64,000 bases of DNA from Dehalococcoidia bacterium (GTDB lineage Bacteria; Chloroflexota; Dehalococcoidia; UBA2979), in NCBI GenBank assembly GCA_965198045.1, contig CBDAOL010000011.1, positions 130,704 through 194,703 of the forward strand, read 5' to 3'. Shown in pieces: positions 9,607 to 18,364 of this stretch. Below the pieces are notes generated by a model. It was not told the DNA's origin and ran no database searches. It worked only from the letters and a program-made list of their open reading frames with translations. Both the position numbers and the translations under genes were made by a program. The first letter of the stretch is position 1; each line of letters begins with the position of its first letter.

Positions 9607-11188
9607 AGCTGAGGCTGTCGCATGGAGTGGCGTGGGCGGAGCGCCACGAGGGCCAAGAGGTCAGCCGGTCGGTTGTCGGGGCGGAGTAGCCGCCTCTCAC
9701 AGGGCAGCGGCGCTACGCGGCCGCCACGGCGGCAGACCAGCCTCTTTGCCGGGGGTTGCCGTTCGCTGGCCAGGAGGACGGCCGCGCCCGGCGATAGAGC
9801 TTCTTGAGGTTGTGGTGGTGGCGGCGATCAGCTTCCATTCGCTGGCGCACGAGGCGATCCCGCGCCGCATGAACCGGCGGATGCCGCGGTTCTCCTTGAC
9901 GTCGCCGAAGACGGGTTCGATCATCCAGCGCCGCTGCTCGTAGAGACGCCGGCCACGCTGCGTCGCCAGCTTGCGATCCATCCGTTCACGGACGGAGAGC
10001 CCGGCAGGGATGCGCCCGCGCGGCGGCGCCGCGCCGACGCGCCGGTTGCGGTCGCTGCGGGTCGCGAGCAGCAGCTCCGGACCTGCGCTCCCCGCCCTGC
10101 CGCACGTTCGCCTCGGAGTAGTAGCCGGCATCAGCCAGCAGCACGCGCGCCGGCCCGCAGTGTGCGGCCTGCAGGTTGCGGTGCATCACCTCGATCATCG
10201 GTTGCAGCTCGTGCATGTCGGTCGCCTGTCGGCTCACCTCAGCCGCGACGATGATCTGGTCGCGGGTCGTCACCGCCTGCACGTTGTAGCCTTGGAAGTA
10301 GCCGTGATAGTCGCGCACCACGCGGCTGTCCGGGTCGGTGACGTTCACCTTCGCACCCTGCTCGGGCTGCGGCGGCTTCGGGCGGCGCCCGCGCTGGTCC
10401 TTCTCCGCGCGGCTCCTGAGGCGTTGCTCGTAGTCCTCCTGCCGCTCCCGCTCTCGGGCCGCCAGTCGCTCCCGCGCCTCGTGCAACCGCTGCAGGCGCT
10501 CCTCGCGGTCCCTGAATCCCGGAGGCAACTCGTCGCCCCGCGCGTCGCCGAAGCGCGCGTTCTCCTCGGCGTCCACCCGCTCCGCTTCGTCGAGGATGCG
10601 CCGCACCTCGGCCTCCAGGTCCGCATCCGTGCGGTTGCGCTCACGGCTGGCGTTGGCGTGCAGCTTGGTCCCGTCGAGCGCGACCACCCCGACCCGCACC
10701 AGACCAGCCTCGGCGCACAGCCTGAGCACCTCGGCGAACAGTCCCGAGAGCGCCTCCTCGTGCTGCTGGCGGAAACGGCAGATCGTCGCGTGGTCGGGGT
10801 GCTGGTTCGCGGTCAGCACCCGGAGGGCGATGTCCTCCCGGCAGCGCCGTTCGATCTGGCGGCTCGAGCGCTCGCCCTCGCAGTAGGCGTAGAGCACGAG
10901 CGCGACCATCATCGACGGCTCGTACGCCTTCCGCCCCCAACCGTCCTCGCGGTAGCGCTCGTAGAACGCGGTGAGGTCCAACTGGCTGACCGCATCGAGC
11001 ACGAACCACGCGAGGTGGTCCCCGGGCAGCCAGTCGCGGAGGCTGGCGGGCATCAGGTATTGCTGGTCACGGTCGCACGGCAAGAAACGCTGGGTCACGG
11101 CGGCACCTCGGAATCACTCCGCCCCCGCCGCCATGCTCATCGTATAGCGATGTCCCCCTCTTCGTGGGTTTGTGCGACAGCCTCAGCT
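9607..11188 (-). mobile_element. IS1182-family insertion sequence (about 1.58 kb) bounded by 16-bp inverted repeats AGCTGAGGCTGTCGCA
   Basis: Left repeat 9607..9622 and its perfect reverse complement 11173..11188 flank a single IS1182-type transposase gene; flanking DNA is AT-richer; no clear target-site duplication seen. Confidence 0.75.
9697..11098 (-). pseudogene. IS1182-family DDE transposase, split by a frameshift near 9990-10130
   Basis: ORF 9986..11098 carries N-terminal IS1182 signatures (YEPSMMVALVLYAYCEGERSSRQIERRCREDIALRVL…DHATICRFRQ); the C-terminal block RRWMIEPVFGDVKENRGIRRFMRRGIASCASEWKLIAA lies in ORF 9697..10131 in another frame. Confidence 0.8.
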
Positions 11189-11327
11189 GGTCAGATCTCG
11201 CTGATCTCGACGAGGGGTCGCAGGATTACCGGCTCACGCTTCAGGGATTCTTTCTAGCCTCGATCGGCAGCTCCTTCGTGAGCGGCGAATCGACCACCTA
11301 AGCGGGGGGTGATCGAGGAGCGCGCGC

Positions 11328-14072
11328 ATGCGCCGCCGTCTGAATTTTGCGATCGTCGCAGGCGTCATCGCCGCGACGGCCGTGGCCTTCGCGATTGCCG
11401 GAGAAGGGCTCCCGGCCCTCGCCGATCACACGGACGATCACGCGAACGACGTGACGGACGCCCGGCTGGTGTCATTGCCCGCCCTGGTGACCGGTGAGAT
11501 CGAGGTGGCAGGCGACCTCGATGTCTTTCTCTTCGAGTTGACGACCGGTTCTCGCTACTCCTTCTACCTCGCACCGCAAGATTCATTGAACGGCGCGCTT
11601 GAGTTGCGCGACCCCGCGGACCAGCTCGTCGCTTCGAACGCCGATTGCACCGCCGGGGGCTGCACGAGCGTCGTCGAGGCTGCTATCGAGGTGACTGCCG
11701 ACTCGACCGGCACCTTCGCGCTGACCGTGTCTTCGGCGGCGAACGCGGGGCGCTACACGTTGTTTGCGAAGGACCTGACGCCTCAGCCGCTTCCCATCCC
11801 TGCGAGCGCGACCGCAGTGGTCGACGATTCGATCGACTTCGCAGTGGACCGCGATCCGTATGCCGTCGACCTCGTGGGCGGGAAGACGTACCTCTTCTTC
11901 GCCGAGCACGTTGCGTCGCTCGCGGTCGAGCTGCAGTTGCTCGACGCCAATGACGTCATCGTTTTGCGGAATGCTGACTGCACGCCGCTCTGCATCTCTG
12001 ACCGCGACGCCTCGATCGAGTTCACCCCGATCTCCAGCGGGCGGTTCACGTTGGTCGTCAACAACGAGGCGAACGGCGGGAGTTGCCGGCTCTTCGCGAA
12101 GGATCTGACCCCCGTACCGCTAGGCCCGGTCACGATCGATGCCCTCAGCCACACAGACATCCACGACTACGTGATCGACCGCGACATCTTCTCCGTCGAG
12201 CTCAACGGCGACACTCGCTACCACTTCTTCGCGCTGCACAGCACCGGCGTCGATCTGGCGCTGGAGCTGCGCGACCCGTCGGGCGTGCCGATTGCGTCAA
12301 ACTTCGACTGCTCGGCTGAGTGTGCGAGTCCGCTCGACGCCCTGCTCGATCTCACGGTGACCGATCCCGGTACGTACGAGCTGACAGTGCTCACGCCAAG
12401 TGGCGGCGGGCGGTCGTACACGCTCTTCGCCAGAGACTTCACGCCCAGAGCGTTCCCAGCACCGACCGTTGCGGGCGTCACGGTCCGCGAGCCCATCGCC
12501 TTCCCCACGGACATCGGGCGGCACGCGGTCGACCTCGTCGAGGGCACGCGCTACGCCTTCTTCGGCGATCCCATCGGCAACTTCGACACCACGCTGGAGC
12601 TGGTCAGCCCGGGCGGCATCATCTTCGCCGCGCCGCCCGATTGCCGACCCGACTGTCGCGACGCCGATGAGTCCCGCATCGAGTTCGTGGCGCCGGAGAG
12701 CGGGACGTACCTGGTTACGCTCGATGGTCCGGCAGCCAATGGCCGAGACTACTTCCTATCCGCGAAGGACCTGACGCCGCAGGTCTTCCCGACTCCGACA
12801 CCAACCAGCGTCAACGTGTCGGACCGCATCGCGTTCGCGACTGACTTCGATCGCTACATCGTCGATCTGGTGGCCGGCACCCCGTACGCCTTCTGGGCGG
12901 ACCCGACGCGCTTCGACTCGGCGCTTGAGCTGCACGCGCCGTCGGGTGCGGTGTTCACCTCGACGGCCGACTGTCGCGACCGCGGTTGCACGCACCAGAA
13001 CGATTCGCGCCTCGAGTTCGTCGCGCCCGATACCGGCACGTACGAGCTGATCCTCTCCGACCCGAACAACGTCGGACGCGACTATCGGCTCTTCGCGCGC
13101 GACCTGGCGGCGACGGTCCTCGACCCGCCGCCGGTCGAGGGTGAGCGCGTCGAGAATCGTATCCGCTTCCCGAGCGATGTGACTCACTTCGACATGGAGC
13201 TGCAGGCAGACACGCCCTACCTCTTCTTCCTCGATCCGACGGTTTTCAACGCCCAGCTCGAGCTGCGCGACGCATCTAGGACGCTCCTCGCCGTCAACAA
13301 CGACTGCACGGCCGACGGCTGTCCATTGGGCCGGCAGGCCACGCTCGAGTTCACGCCAGAGGCGAGCGGAACGTACCGGCTGTCAGTGCTGTCCGTCGTT
13401 GGCGGCGGACGTGAGTACCGGCTGTTCACGAAGGATCTGACACCGCAGCCGATCGCCCCGCTGACCTCGACGCCAGCGGAGACGAACGATCGGATCGTCT
13501 TCCCGCTTGACCGCGACCCCTACGCTGTCCAGCTGCTGCCGGGGCGCATCTACCGCTTCCACGTCGTGCCGACCAACTACAACGCGACGCTGGAGCTGCG
13601 CGGACCGGACGGCGAGGTGCTCGTGACGAACAGCGATTGCACCGCGGACGGCTGCTCCTCCGCCGAAGAGGCGCAGATCGACTTCCAGCCGACGGTCGGC
13701 GGCAGCTACCGCGTGACGGTCTTCGCGCCGCCCGCAGGCGGACGCGAGTATCGCCTCACGTCCCAGGTGACCGCGGTGCTTGGCTCGATCACGATCGTGA
13801 AGCGCCTGGTGGAGCCGGATCCGACCGACTTCACCTTCGAGGCCGGGCCGGCGCCGCTTGCCGCCTTCACCCTCGACGACGCCAGGGGTACCGATGACGA
13901 CGCGTTCACCGACCGCGTGACGTTCGAGCACATCCCGGCTGACGTCACGTACACCGTCGAGGAACTACCGGTGCCGGGCTTCGCGCTCGAGGAGATCACG
14001 TGTGACGCCACCTCGGGCATCACGACGGACGCCACGAGCGTCCGATCGCGCTCGAGCCCGGGGCGCACGTGA
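11328..14072 (+). CDS. Large secreted repeat protein: signal peptide plus seven tandem ~111-aa PPC (pre-peptidase C-terminal)-like domains plus a prealbumin-like domain; probably continues past 14072
   Basis: GAGGAG RBS before the ATG; N-terminal signal (MRRRLNFAIVAGVIAATAVAFAIAG); seven repeats with recurring pattern D.D.Y.V.L..G..Y.F…LEL.DPSG….DC…C…E.IEF.P..SGTY.L.V….GGR.Y.LFAKDLTP; each unit has one closely spaced Cys pair (CTAGGC, CTPLC, CSAEC, CRPDC, CRDRGC, CTADGC ×2). Confidence 0.8.
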   Translation: MRRRLNFAIVAGVIAATAVAFAIAGEGLPALADHTDDHANDVTDARLVSLPALVTGEIEVAGDLDVFLFELTTGSRYSFYLAPQDSLNGALELRDPADQLVASNADCTAGGCTSVVEAAIEVTADSTGTFALTVSSAANAGRYTLFAKDLTPQPLPIPASATAVVDDSIDFAVDRDPYAVDLVGGKTYLFFAEHVASLAVELQLLDANDVIVLRNADCTPLCISDRDASIEFTPISSGRFTLVVNNEANGGSCRLFAKDLTPVPLGPVTIDALSHTDIHDYVIDRDIFSVELNGDTRYHFFALHSTGVDLALELRDPSGVPIASNFDCSAECASPLDALLDLTVTDPGTYELTVLTPSGGGRSYTLFARDFTPRAFPAPTVAGVTVREPIAFPTDIGRHAVDLVEGTRYAFFGDPIGNFDTTLELVSPGGIIFAAPPDCRPDCRDADESRIEFVAPESGTYLVTLDGPAANGRDYFLSAKDLTPQVFPTPTPTSVNVSDRIAFATDFDRYIVDLVAGTPYAFWADPTRFDSALELHAPSGAVFTSTADCRDRGCTHQNDSRLEFVAPDTGTYELILSDPNNVGRDYRLFARDLAATVLDPPPVEGERVENRIRFPSDVTHFDMELQADTPYLFFLDPTVFNAQLELRDASRTLLAVNNDCTADGCPLGRQATLEFTPEASGTYRLSVLSVVGGGREYRLFTKDLTPQPIAPLTSTPAETNDRIVFPLDRDPYAVQLLPGRIYRFHVVPTNYNATLELRGPDGEVLVTNSDCTADGCSSAEEAQIDFQPTVGGSYRVTVFAPPAGGREYRLTSQVTAVLGSITIVKRLVEPDPTDFTFEAGPAPLAAFTLDDARGTDDDAFTDRVTFEHIPADVTYTVEELPVPGFALEEITCDATSGITTDATSVRSRSSPGRT

Positions 14073-14104
14073 CCTGCACGTTCTCAACCGCGCCGCTCGG
14101 TTAG

Positions 14105-14578
14105 CTCACGGTCGTCGTCGATGGCGGTGGCGGCCAGGACGTCGCCTTCCTCGCGGAGAACCTCGGGCTGGTGGGCTTCGCGCTCGACGATGCGTTCGTC
14201 GACGACTTCGACGGCGTCCCGAACTCGAGGCGGTTCGCCGCGTTGTTCAACGAGCGGACGTATCGCGTCAGCCAGGTCCTCACCTTCGGCTTCGACCTCA
14301 CCTCGGTGGTGTGCACCGGGGCCACCACGAGCCAGCTGACATTCAGCGGACGGGCCGCCTTTACGCCGGGTGCGACGGGCGTCACGGTGCTGCCGCGCAA
14401 TGCCGAGGACATCCTCTGCACGTTCACCGTCGTCGACACGGACCTCGACGATGACGGGCTGACGGACGCGCAGGAGCTGCTGTTCGGCACAGACCCGACG
14501 AACCCGGATACGGACGGGGACGGCGTGTCGGACAGCCAGGAGCTGTTCATCGACAACACCGACCCCGCGCACATCTGA
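14105..14578 (+). CDS. Probable continuation or fragment of the repeat protein: second prealbumin-like (…ILCTFTVVD) domain plus TSP3-like Asp-rich calcium-binding motifs
   Basis: Frame 2 reads …IALEPGAHVTCTFSTAPLG-TAG(14102)[12 protein letters not shown]…[46 protein letters not shown]; the two domains are homologous, so one gene interrupted by a stop or shift is likely. Confidence 0.5.
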   Translation, partial: LTVVVDGGGGQDVAFLAENLGLVGFALDDAFVDDFDGVPNSRRFAALFNERTYRVSQVLTFGFDLTSVVCTGATTSQLTFSGRAAFTPGATGVTVLPRNAEDILCTFTVVDTDLDDDGLTDAQELLFGTDPTNPDTDGDGVSDSQELFIDNTDPAHI

Positions 14579-14579
14579 C

Positions 14580-14695
14580 CTCGACGATGACGGAGATGAC
14601 GACGGAGATGACGACGGGGACAATGACGGAGGCGACGACGGGGACGACGACGGAGATGACGACGGAGATGACGACGGCGACGACGGCGACGGCGG
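14580..14695 (+). repeat. Imperfect 12-nt tandem repeat (GATGACGACGGA)n encoding a poly-(DDDG) acidic tract
   Basis: About nine-and-a-half copies readable directly in the sequence; frame 0 translates to [40 protein letters not shown]. Confidence 0.8.
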
Positions 14696-14698
14696 TGC

Positions 14699-14727
14699 GC
14701 TCGCAGGGTGCTCGCAGGGTGCTCGCC
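14699..14727 (+). repeat. 11-nt tandem duplication GCTCGCAGGGT ×2 (+7 nt), frameshifting the 3' end of the surface-protein locus
   Basis: Removing one copy joins the poly-DDDG frame to GALAGCSPAFTPTIAPFGW… (ORF 14708..15019). Confidence 0.7.
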
Positions 14728-15019
14728 GGCGTTCACGCCGACGATCGCGCCGTTCGGCTGGACGTTCACCATCTACTGCGGCGGCACCGTCGCGCAGCTG
14801 ATCGCGGCGCTGGACGCGGCCGGGGCCACGACCGCGCACACGACGCTGATCGACGGCCACCGGGTCACCGGCGTCGCGACCGCGCTGCCCTTCCCCAACG
14901 ACAAACTGCGTGCGAGCTACCCGAACGGCATCCCCGCCAGCACGATCCTCGCGATCCGTTCGTTGACACCCGAGACGTTCGCGGGGCGCCTGGGCCGCCT
15001 GGAGGTGGGCCCGCGCTAG
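14708..15019 (+). CDS. C-terminal ~100-aa domain (fragment) of the surface-protein locus; unknown function
   Basis: VLAGCSPAFTPTIAPFGWTFTIYCGGTVAQLIAALDAAGATTAHTTLIDGHRVTGVATALPFPNDKLRASYPNGIPASTILAIRSLTPETFAGRLGRLEVGPR*; no independent signal peptide or RBS, consistent with being a frameshifted C-terminus. Confidence 0.4.
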   Translation: MLAGCSPAFTPTIAPFGWTFTIYCGGTVAQLIAALDAAGATTAHTTLIDGHRVTGVATALPFPNDKLRASYPNGIPASTILAIRSLTPETFAGRLGRLEVGPR

Positions 15020-16344
15020 TCCGCCTCGGTCGGCTCCGGCGGCTCGGTCCGCTCGGATGTCGAGGTGCGAGCCTCGCGCGCGTAGAGCCAGAGCGCGGGC
15101 GCGAAGAGCAGCGCCGCGGCGACGAGCGTCGTGCGCACCCCTCGCAGCGCGGCGACCACGCCCATGAGCGGGCCGCCGAGGATCTGCCCGAACGCGTTCG
15201 CCTGGCTGACCATCGAGAGCACCGTGGCGCGTGAGCCGGGGGCGAGGCCCCGGTTCACCCAGCCGATGAACAGCGGGTCGAGCGCGATGCGCGCCCAACC
15301 GAGGGCCATGTAGGAGAGCACGGCGAGCCAGAACGCCTCGGCGAACCCGAAGACGAGCCAGGCCACGATCTGCACCGCCGTGAGGACGATCAGCGCGGTC
15401 GTCACATGCCTCACGCGCTGCACGTCGACCACCCGCGCGACGACCCAGACGAAGAACAACGTACCGAGCAGCTCGGTGATCGCCAGCGCGCCGAAGATGG
15501 ACACGTCCGTGGGGCCGGGCAGGTCGACGAGCAGAGATGGCAGCGAGGCATCCGAGGGCAGGCCGACGTTGTCGATCAGGTGCAGCGACCACAGTCGATC
15601 GAGCGCCTCGCTCGAGAGGCCGATCAGGAACATCACACCGACGGCGGCGATCAGCAGCGAGCGCCCTCGGATGGCGCGGACCCCGGCGACCGTCGTGTCG
15701 CGCATGTGGCCCCAGGTGCTGCGCTGACCGGGCGAAGCGGGGCGCCAGCCCGCCTCGCCCATGGCGAGCAGCATCCAGCCGGCCAGCACGAGATGTGCCA
15801 CGCCGCCGACGAGGAACGGTAGCTGCAGGCTCGCGAAGCCGAGGCCGAAGCCCAGCGGCAAACCTACTAGCCGCCCTGCTTGTCGCAGCTGCTCGGCCCG
15901 CAGGAACGTCGAGGCGGCCTCATCCTCGCCGATCTCGTCGGACAGCCAGGCCTCGGTCGCACCACTGGTCAGCGTCCACGCGAAGCCCCAGACCACCTGC
16001 CCGCCCGCGATGAAGAGGAAGCTCGGGTGCGCGCCCATGATGGCGAAGCCGATGCCCGAGCCGGCGATGCCCGCGATGATCGAGAGGTGGCGGCTGTAGG
16101 TGTCGGCGACCACGCCTGTTGGCACCTCGAACACGAACGCCGACAGTTCGAGGGCGGTCCCGGCCAGGAGCAGCTCGACTGCCGAGAGCTCGGCGTCACG
16201 AACGACGTAGAGCGCGTAGACCGCCAGCGCCACGGTGCTGGCCAGCCCGGCGAAGAACGTGCGCCAGAGATAGAGCCGCCGCGCGCCCATCGGTTCGCGA
16301 CCGCCGAGCAGGGTGCGCCGGTGGATCCAGGGCTCGGCGCTCAC
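15016..16344 (-). CDS. MFS transporter
   Basis: 442 aa with about 12 predicted TM helices; MFS-like loop motifs. Confidence 0.8.
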   Translation of the reverse strand: MSAEPWIHRRTLLGGREPMGARRLYLWRTFFAGLASTVALAVYALYVVRDAELSAVELLLAGTALELSAFVFEVPTGVVADTYSRHLSIIAGIAGSGIGFAIMGAHPSFLFIAGGQVVWGFAWTLTSGATEAWLSDEIGEDEAASTFLRAEQLRQAGRLVGLPLGFGLGFASLQLPFLVGGVAHLVLAGWMLLAMGEAGWRPASPGQRSTWGHMRDTTVAGVRAIRGRSLLIAAVGVMFLIGLSSEALDRLWSLHLIDNVGLPSDASLPSLLVDLPGPTDVSIFGALAITELLGTLFFVWVVARVVDVQRVRHVTTALIVLTAVQIVAWLVFGFAEAFWLAVLSYMALGWARIALDPLFIGWVNRGLAPGSRATVLSMVSQANAFGQILGGPLMGVVAALRGVRTTLVAAALLFAPALWLYAREARTSTSERTEPPEPTEAD

Positions 16345-16371
16345 GTGGTGGCAGGCGCCCTGGGACCCTTG

Positions 16372-17541
16372 CTATCCACGCGGGAGACCGAGGCCACGCG
16401 TGGCGATGATGTTGCGCTGGATCTCGCTGGTACCGGCCGCGATCGTCAGCGCCACGGTCGTCATGTAGAGGCGGCCGTAAAGCCCCCCGAGCGGTGCGTG
16501 CGCCGACTCCGGCCGCAGCTGCCCCGCCAGGCCGAGCATGTTGATGCCTCGACGCGCGTTCCGCTGCTGCGTCTCCGAGCCGAACATCTTCGACATCGAG
16601 GACTCCATGTTCGGCACCAGGTTGCGCGCCTGCATCCAGGTCACGCGGTAGCCGAGGAGCTGGCCGACCTCGATCTCGAGCGCGGTATCGGCGAGCGTGA
16701 GGCGGCGCACCCCGTTGTCGGTGATGCGATGGCCCGCGCCGGCGGAGTCCGCCTCGGGCGCGTGGGTGAGCAGGCGCTGGTAGGGCGTGACGGCCGCCGC
16801 GATCCGCTGGATGCCGGATCGCTCGAAGTCGAGGGTGGTCGTGGCGACGTACCATCCGCGGTTCTCGTCGCCGATCATGTTGCGCGCCGGCACGCGCACG
16901 TCCTCGAAGAACGTCTCGTTGAAGCCGGCCTCATCGTGCATCTGCACGATCGGACGCAGCGAGATGCCGGGGGTGTCCATCTTCAGCATGAAGTAGGTGA
17001 TCCCGCGGTGCTTCGGCGCGTCGCCGTCGGTGCGCGTCAGGACGTGGATCCAGTCGGCGTTCTGTGCGCCAGAGGTCCAGATCTTCTGCCCGTTGATCAC
17101 GAAGTCGTCGCCGTCGCGGATCGCCCGCGTCTGGAGCGAGGCGAGGTCGGATCCACTGCCGGGCTCCGAGTAGCCCTGGCACCACATCACCTCGGCGTTG
17201 GCGATAGCCGGAAAGTGCTCGGCGCGCTGCTCCTCGCTGCCGTGGATGATCAACGTCGGTCCGACGCGGTCGGCGCCCTGTCCGCCCGCCGGCGCGGTGG
17301 CGAAGGTCGACTCCTCCGCGAAGATCATCTGCTCGAAGTAGGTCGCGCCGCCGCCGCCGTACTCCTTGGGCCACGACATGGTCAGCCAGCCGTCGCGGGC
17401 CAGCAGTTGCTGGTACGCCTGCGCGCGCTCGTGCGGTTCGAGGTCGCCTCGACCGCGCAGATCGCCGGTCCAGTGCTCCTCGATGAATCCACGCACCTTG
17501 GTGCGGAACGCTTCCTGCTCGCCATCCCAACCGAAGTCCAT
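16372..17541 (-). CDS. Acyl-CoA dehydrogenase
   Basis: 389 aa; WCQGYSEPGSGSDLASL and GQKIWTSGA motifs; C-terminal helical domain. Confidence 0.9.
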   Translation of the reverse strand: MDFGWDGEQEAFRTKVRGFIEEHWTGDLRGRGDLEPHERAQAYQQLLARDGWLTMSWPKEYGGGGATYFEQMIFAEESTFATAPAGGQGADRVGPTLIIHGSEEQRAEHFPAIANAEVMWCQGYSEPGSGSDLASLQTRAIRDGDDFVINGQKIWTSGAQNADWIHVLTRTDGDAPKHRGITYFMLKMDTPGISLRPIVQMHDEAGFNETFFEDVRVPARNMIGDENRGWYVATTTLDFERSGIQRIAAAVTPYQRLLTHAPEADSAGAGHRITDNGVRRLTLADTALEIEVGQLLGYRVTWMQARNLVPNMESSMSKMFGSETQQRNARRGINMLGLAGQLRPESAHAPLGGLYGRLYMTTVALTIAAGTSEIQRNIIATRGLGLPRG

Positions 17542-17609
17542 GGCGCCTCCTGACCGCGCGCATCGTAACGCCCACGAGGCCTCGGGCGGGGCGCGCTATC
17601 ATCGCGCGC

Positions 17610-18277
17610 ATGCCGCTCGTACATGCGACATGGAACCCCGGCGCCAACGAGGAGTTGCGTCCGACGCTGTTCGCGTTCCACGGGCACGGAGCGCACGGGC
17701 AGGATCTGCTCGGGCTGGCGCCCTACCTCGCCGGCGGGCGGATCCAGGTGATCTGCCCGGAGGCGGAGTTCGTGTTGCAGCCGGGGGCGCTGAGCTACAC
17801 CTGGTTCGAACGCGGCCCCGGCGGGAACGTGACGCCGAGGAGTTTGAGCGTGTCACCGGGCTCGTGAGCGAATTCATCGACGAGGCGACGGCGGCCTACC
17901 ACGTCGATCCGGAGTGTCGCGTCGTGCTCGGGTTCAGCCAGGGCGGTTCGCTTGCGTACCGGCTCGGGCTCGGCGACCCATCGAGGTTCGCGGGGCTGGC
18001 GGCGCTGTCGACTTGGCTGCCGGACGAGGCGGCCGAGCACGCCGACACGGTGCGGCTCGGCGACTTCCCGGTGCTGGTACAGCACGGAAGCCAGGACCCG
18101 CTGGTGAAGGTCGATCGCGGCCAGCTGTCGCGTGACCGCCTGATCGCGATGGGCGTGACGCCCGAGTACCATGAGTACCCGATGCAGCACTCGATCGGGC
18201 CGGAGAGCCTGCGCGACCTCTCTGACTGGCTCGAGCGGGTGCTGCAACTCCCACCGCCCGAGGCGTCGAAGGCCTGA
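17610..18277 (+). CDS. Phospholipase/carboxylesterase-family serine hydrolase; frameshift near 17830
   Basis: LFAFHGHGAHGQDL…WFERGPGG in ORF 17610, then …ERDAEEFERV…VVLGFSQGGSLAY (GxSxG)…VLVQHGSQDPLV in another frame to 18277. Confidence 0.75.
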
Positions 18278-18364
18278 CGGGCGAGCGCTGTCCAGCCAGC
18301 GTGTCGACCGACCCTATCTCGCGCTGAATCACGTTCGAAGGCGCCCGCCACGGCGGGCGCTTGA

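Noticed and set aside
9575-9943. 122-aa plus-strand ORF inside the IS element
   Set aside because: It lies antisense to the transposase C-terminal fragment and is Arg/Gly/Pro-rich low-complexity. It is a GC artefact.
14587-15234. ORF starting MTEMTTEMTTGTMTEATTGTTTEMTTEMTT
   Set aside because: This is a frame artefact of the (GATGACGACGGA)n repeat. The biologically sensible frame is the poly-(DDDG) one, which is contiguous with the surface-protein C-terminus.
14084-15592. 502-aa minus-strand ORF spanning the surface-protein 3' region and the MFS gene start
   Set aside because: It is antisense to the plus-strand coding sequence at 14105..15019, runs out of frame into the MFS transporter (15016..16344), and is low-complexity. 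The MFS start at 16344 is the supported gene.
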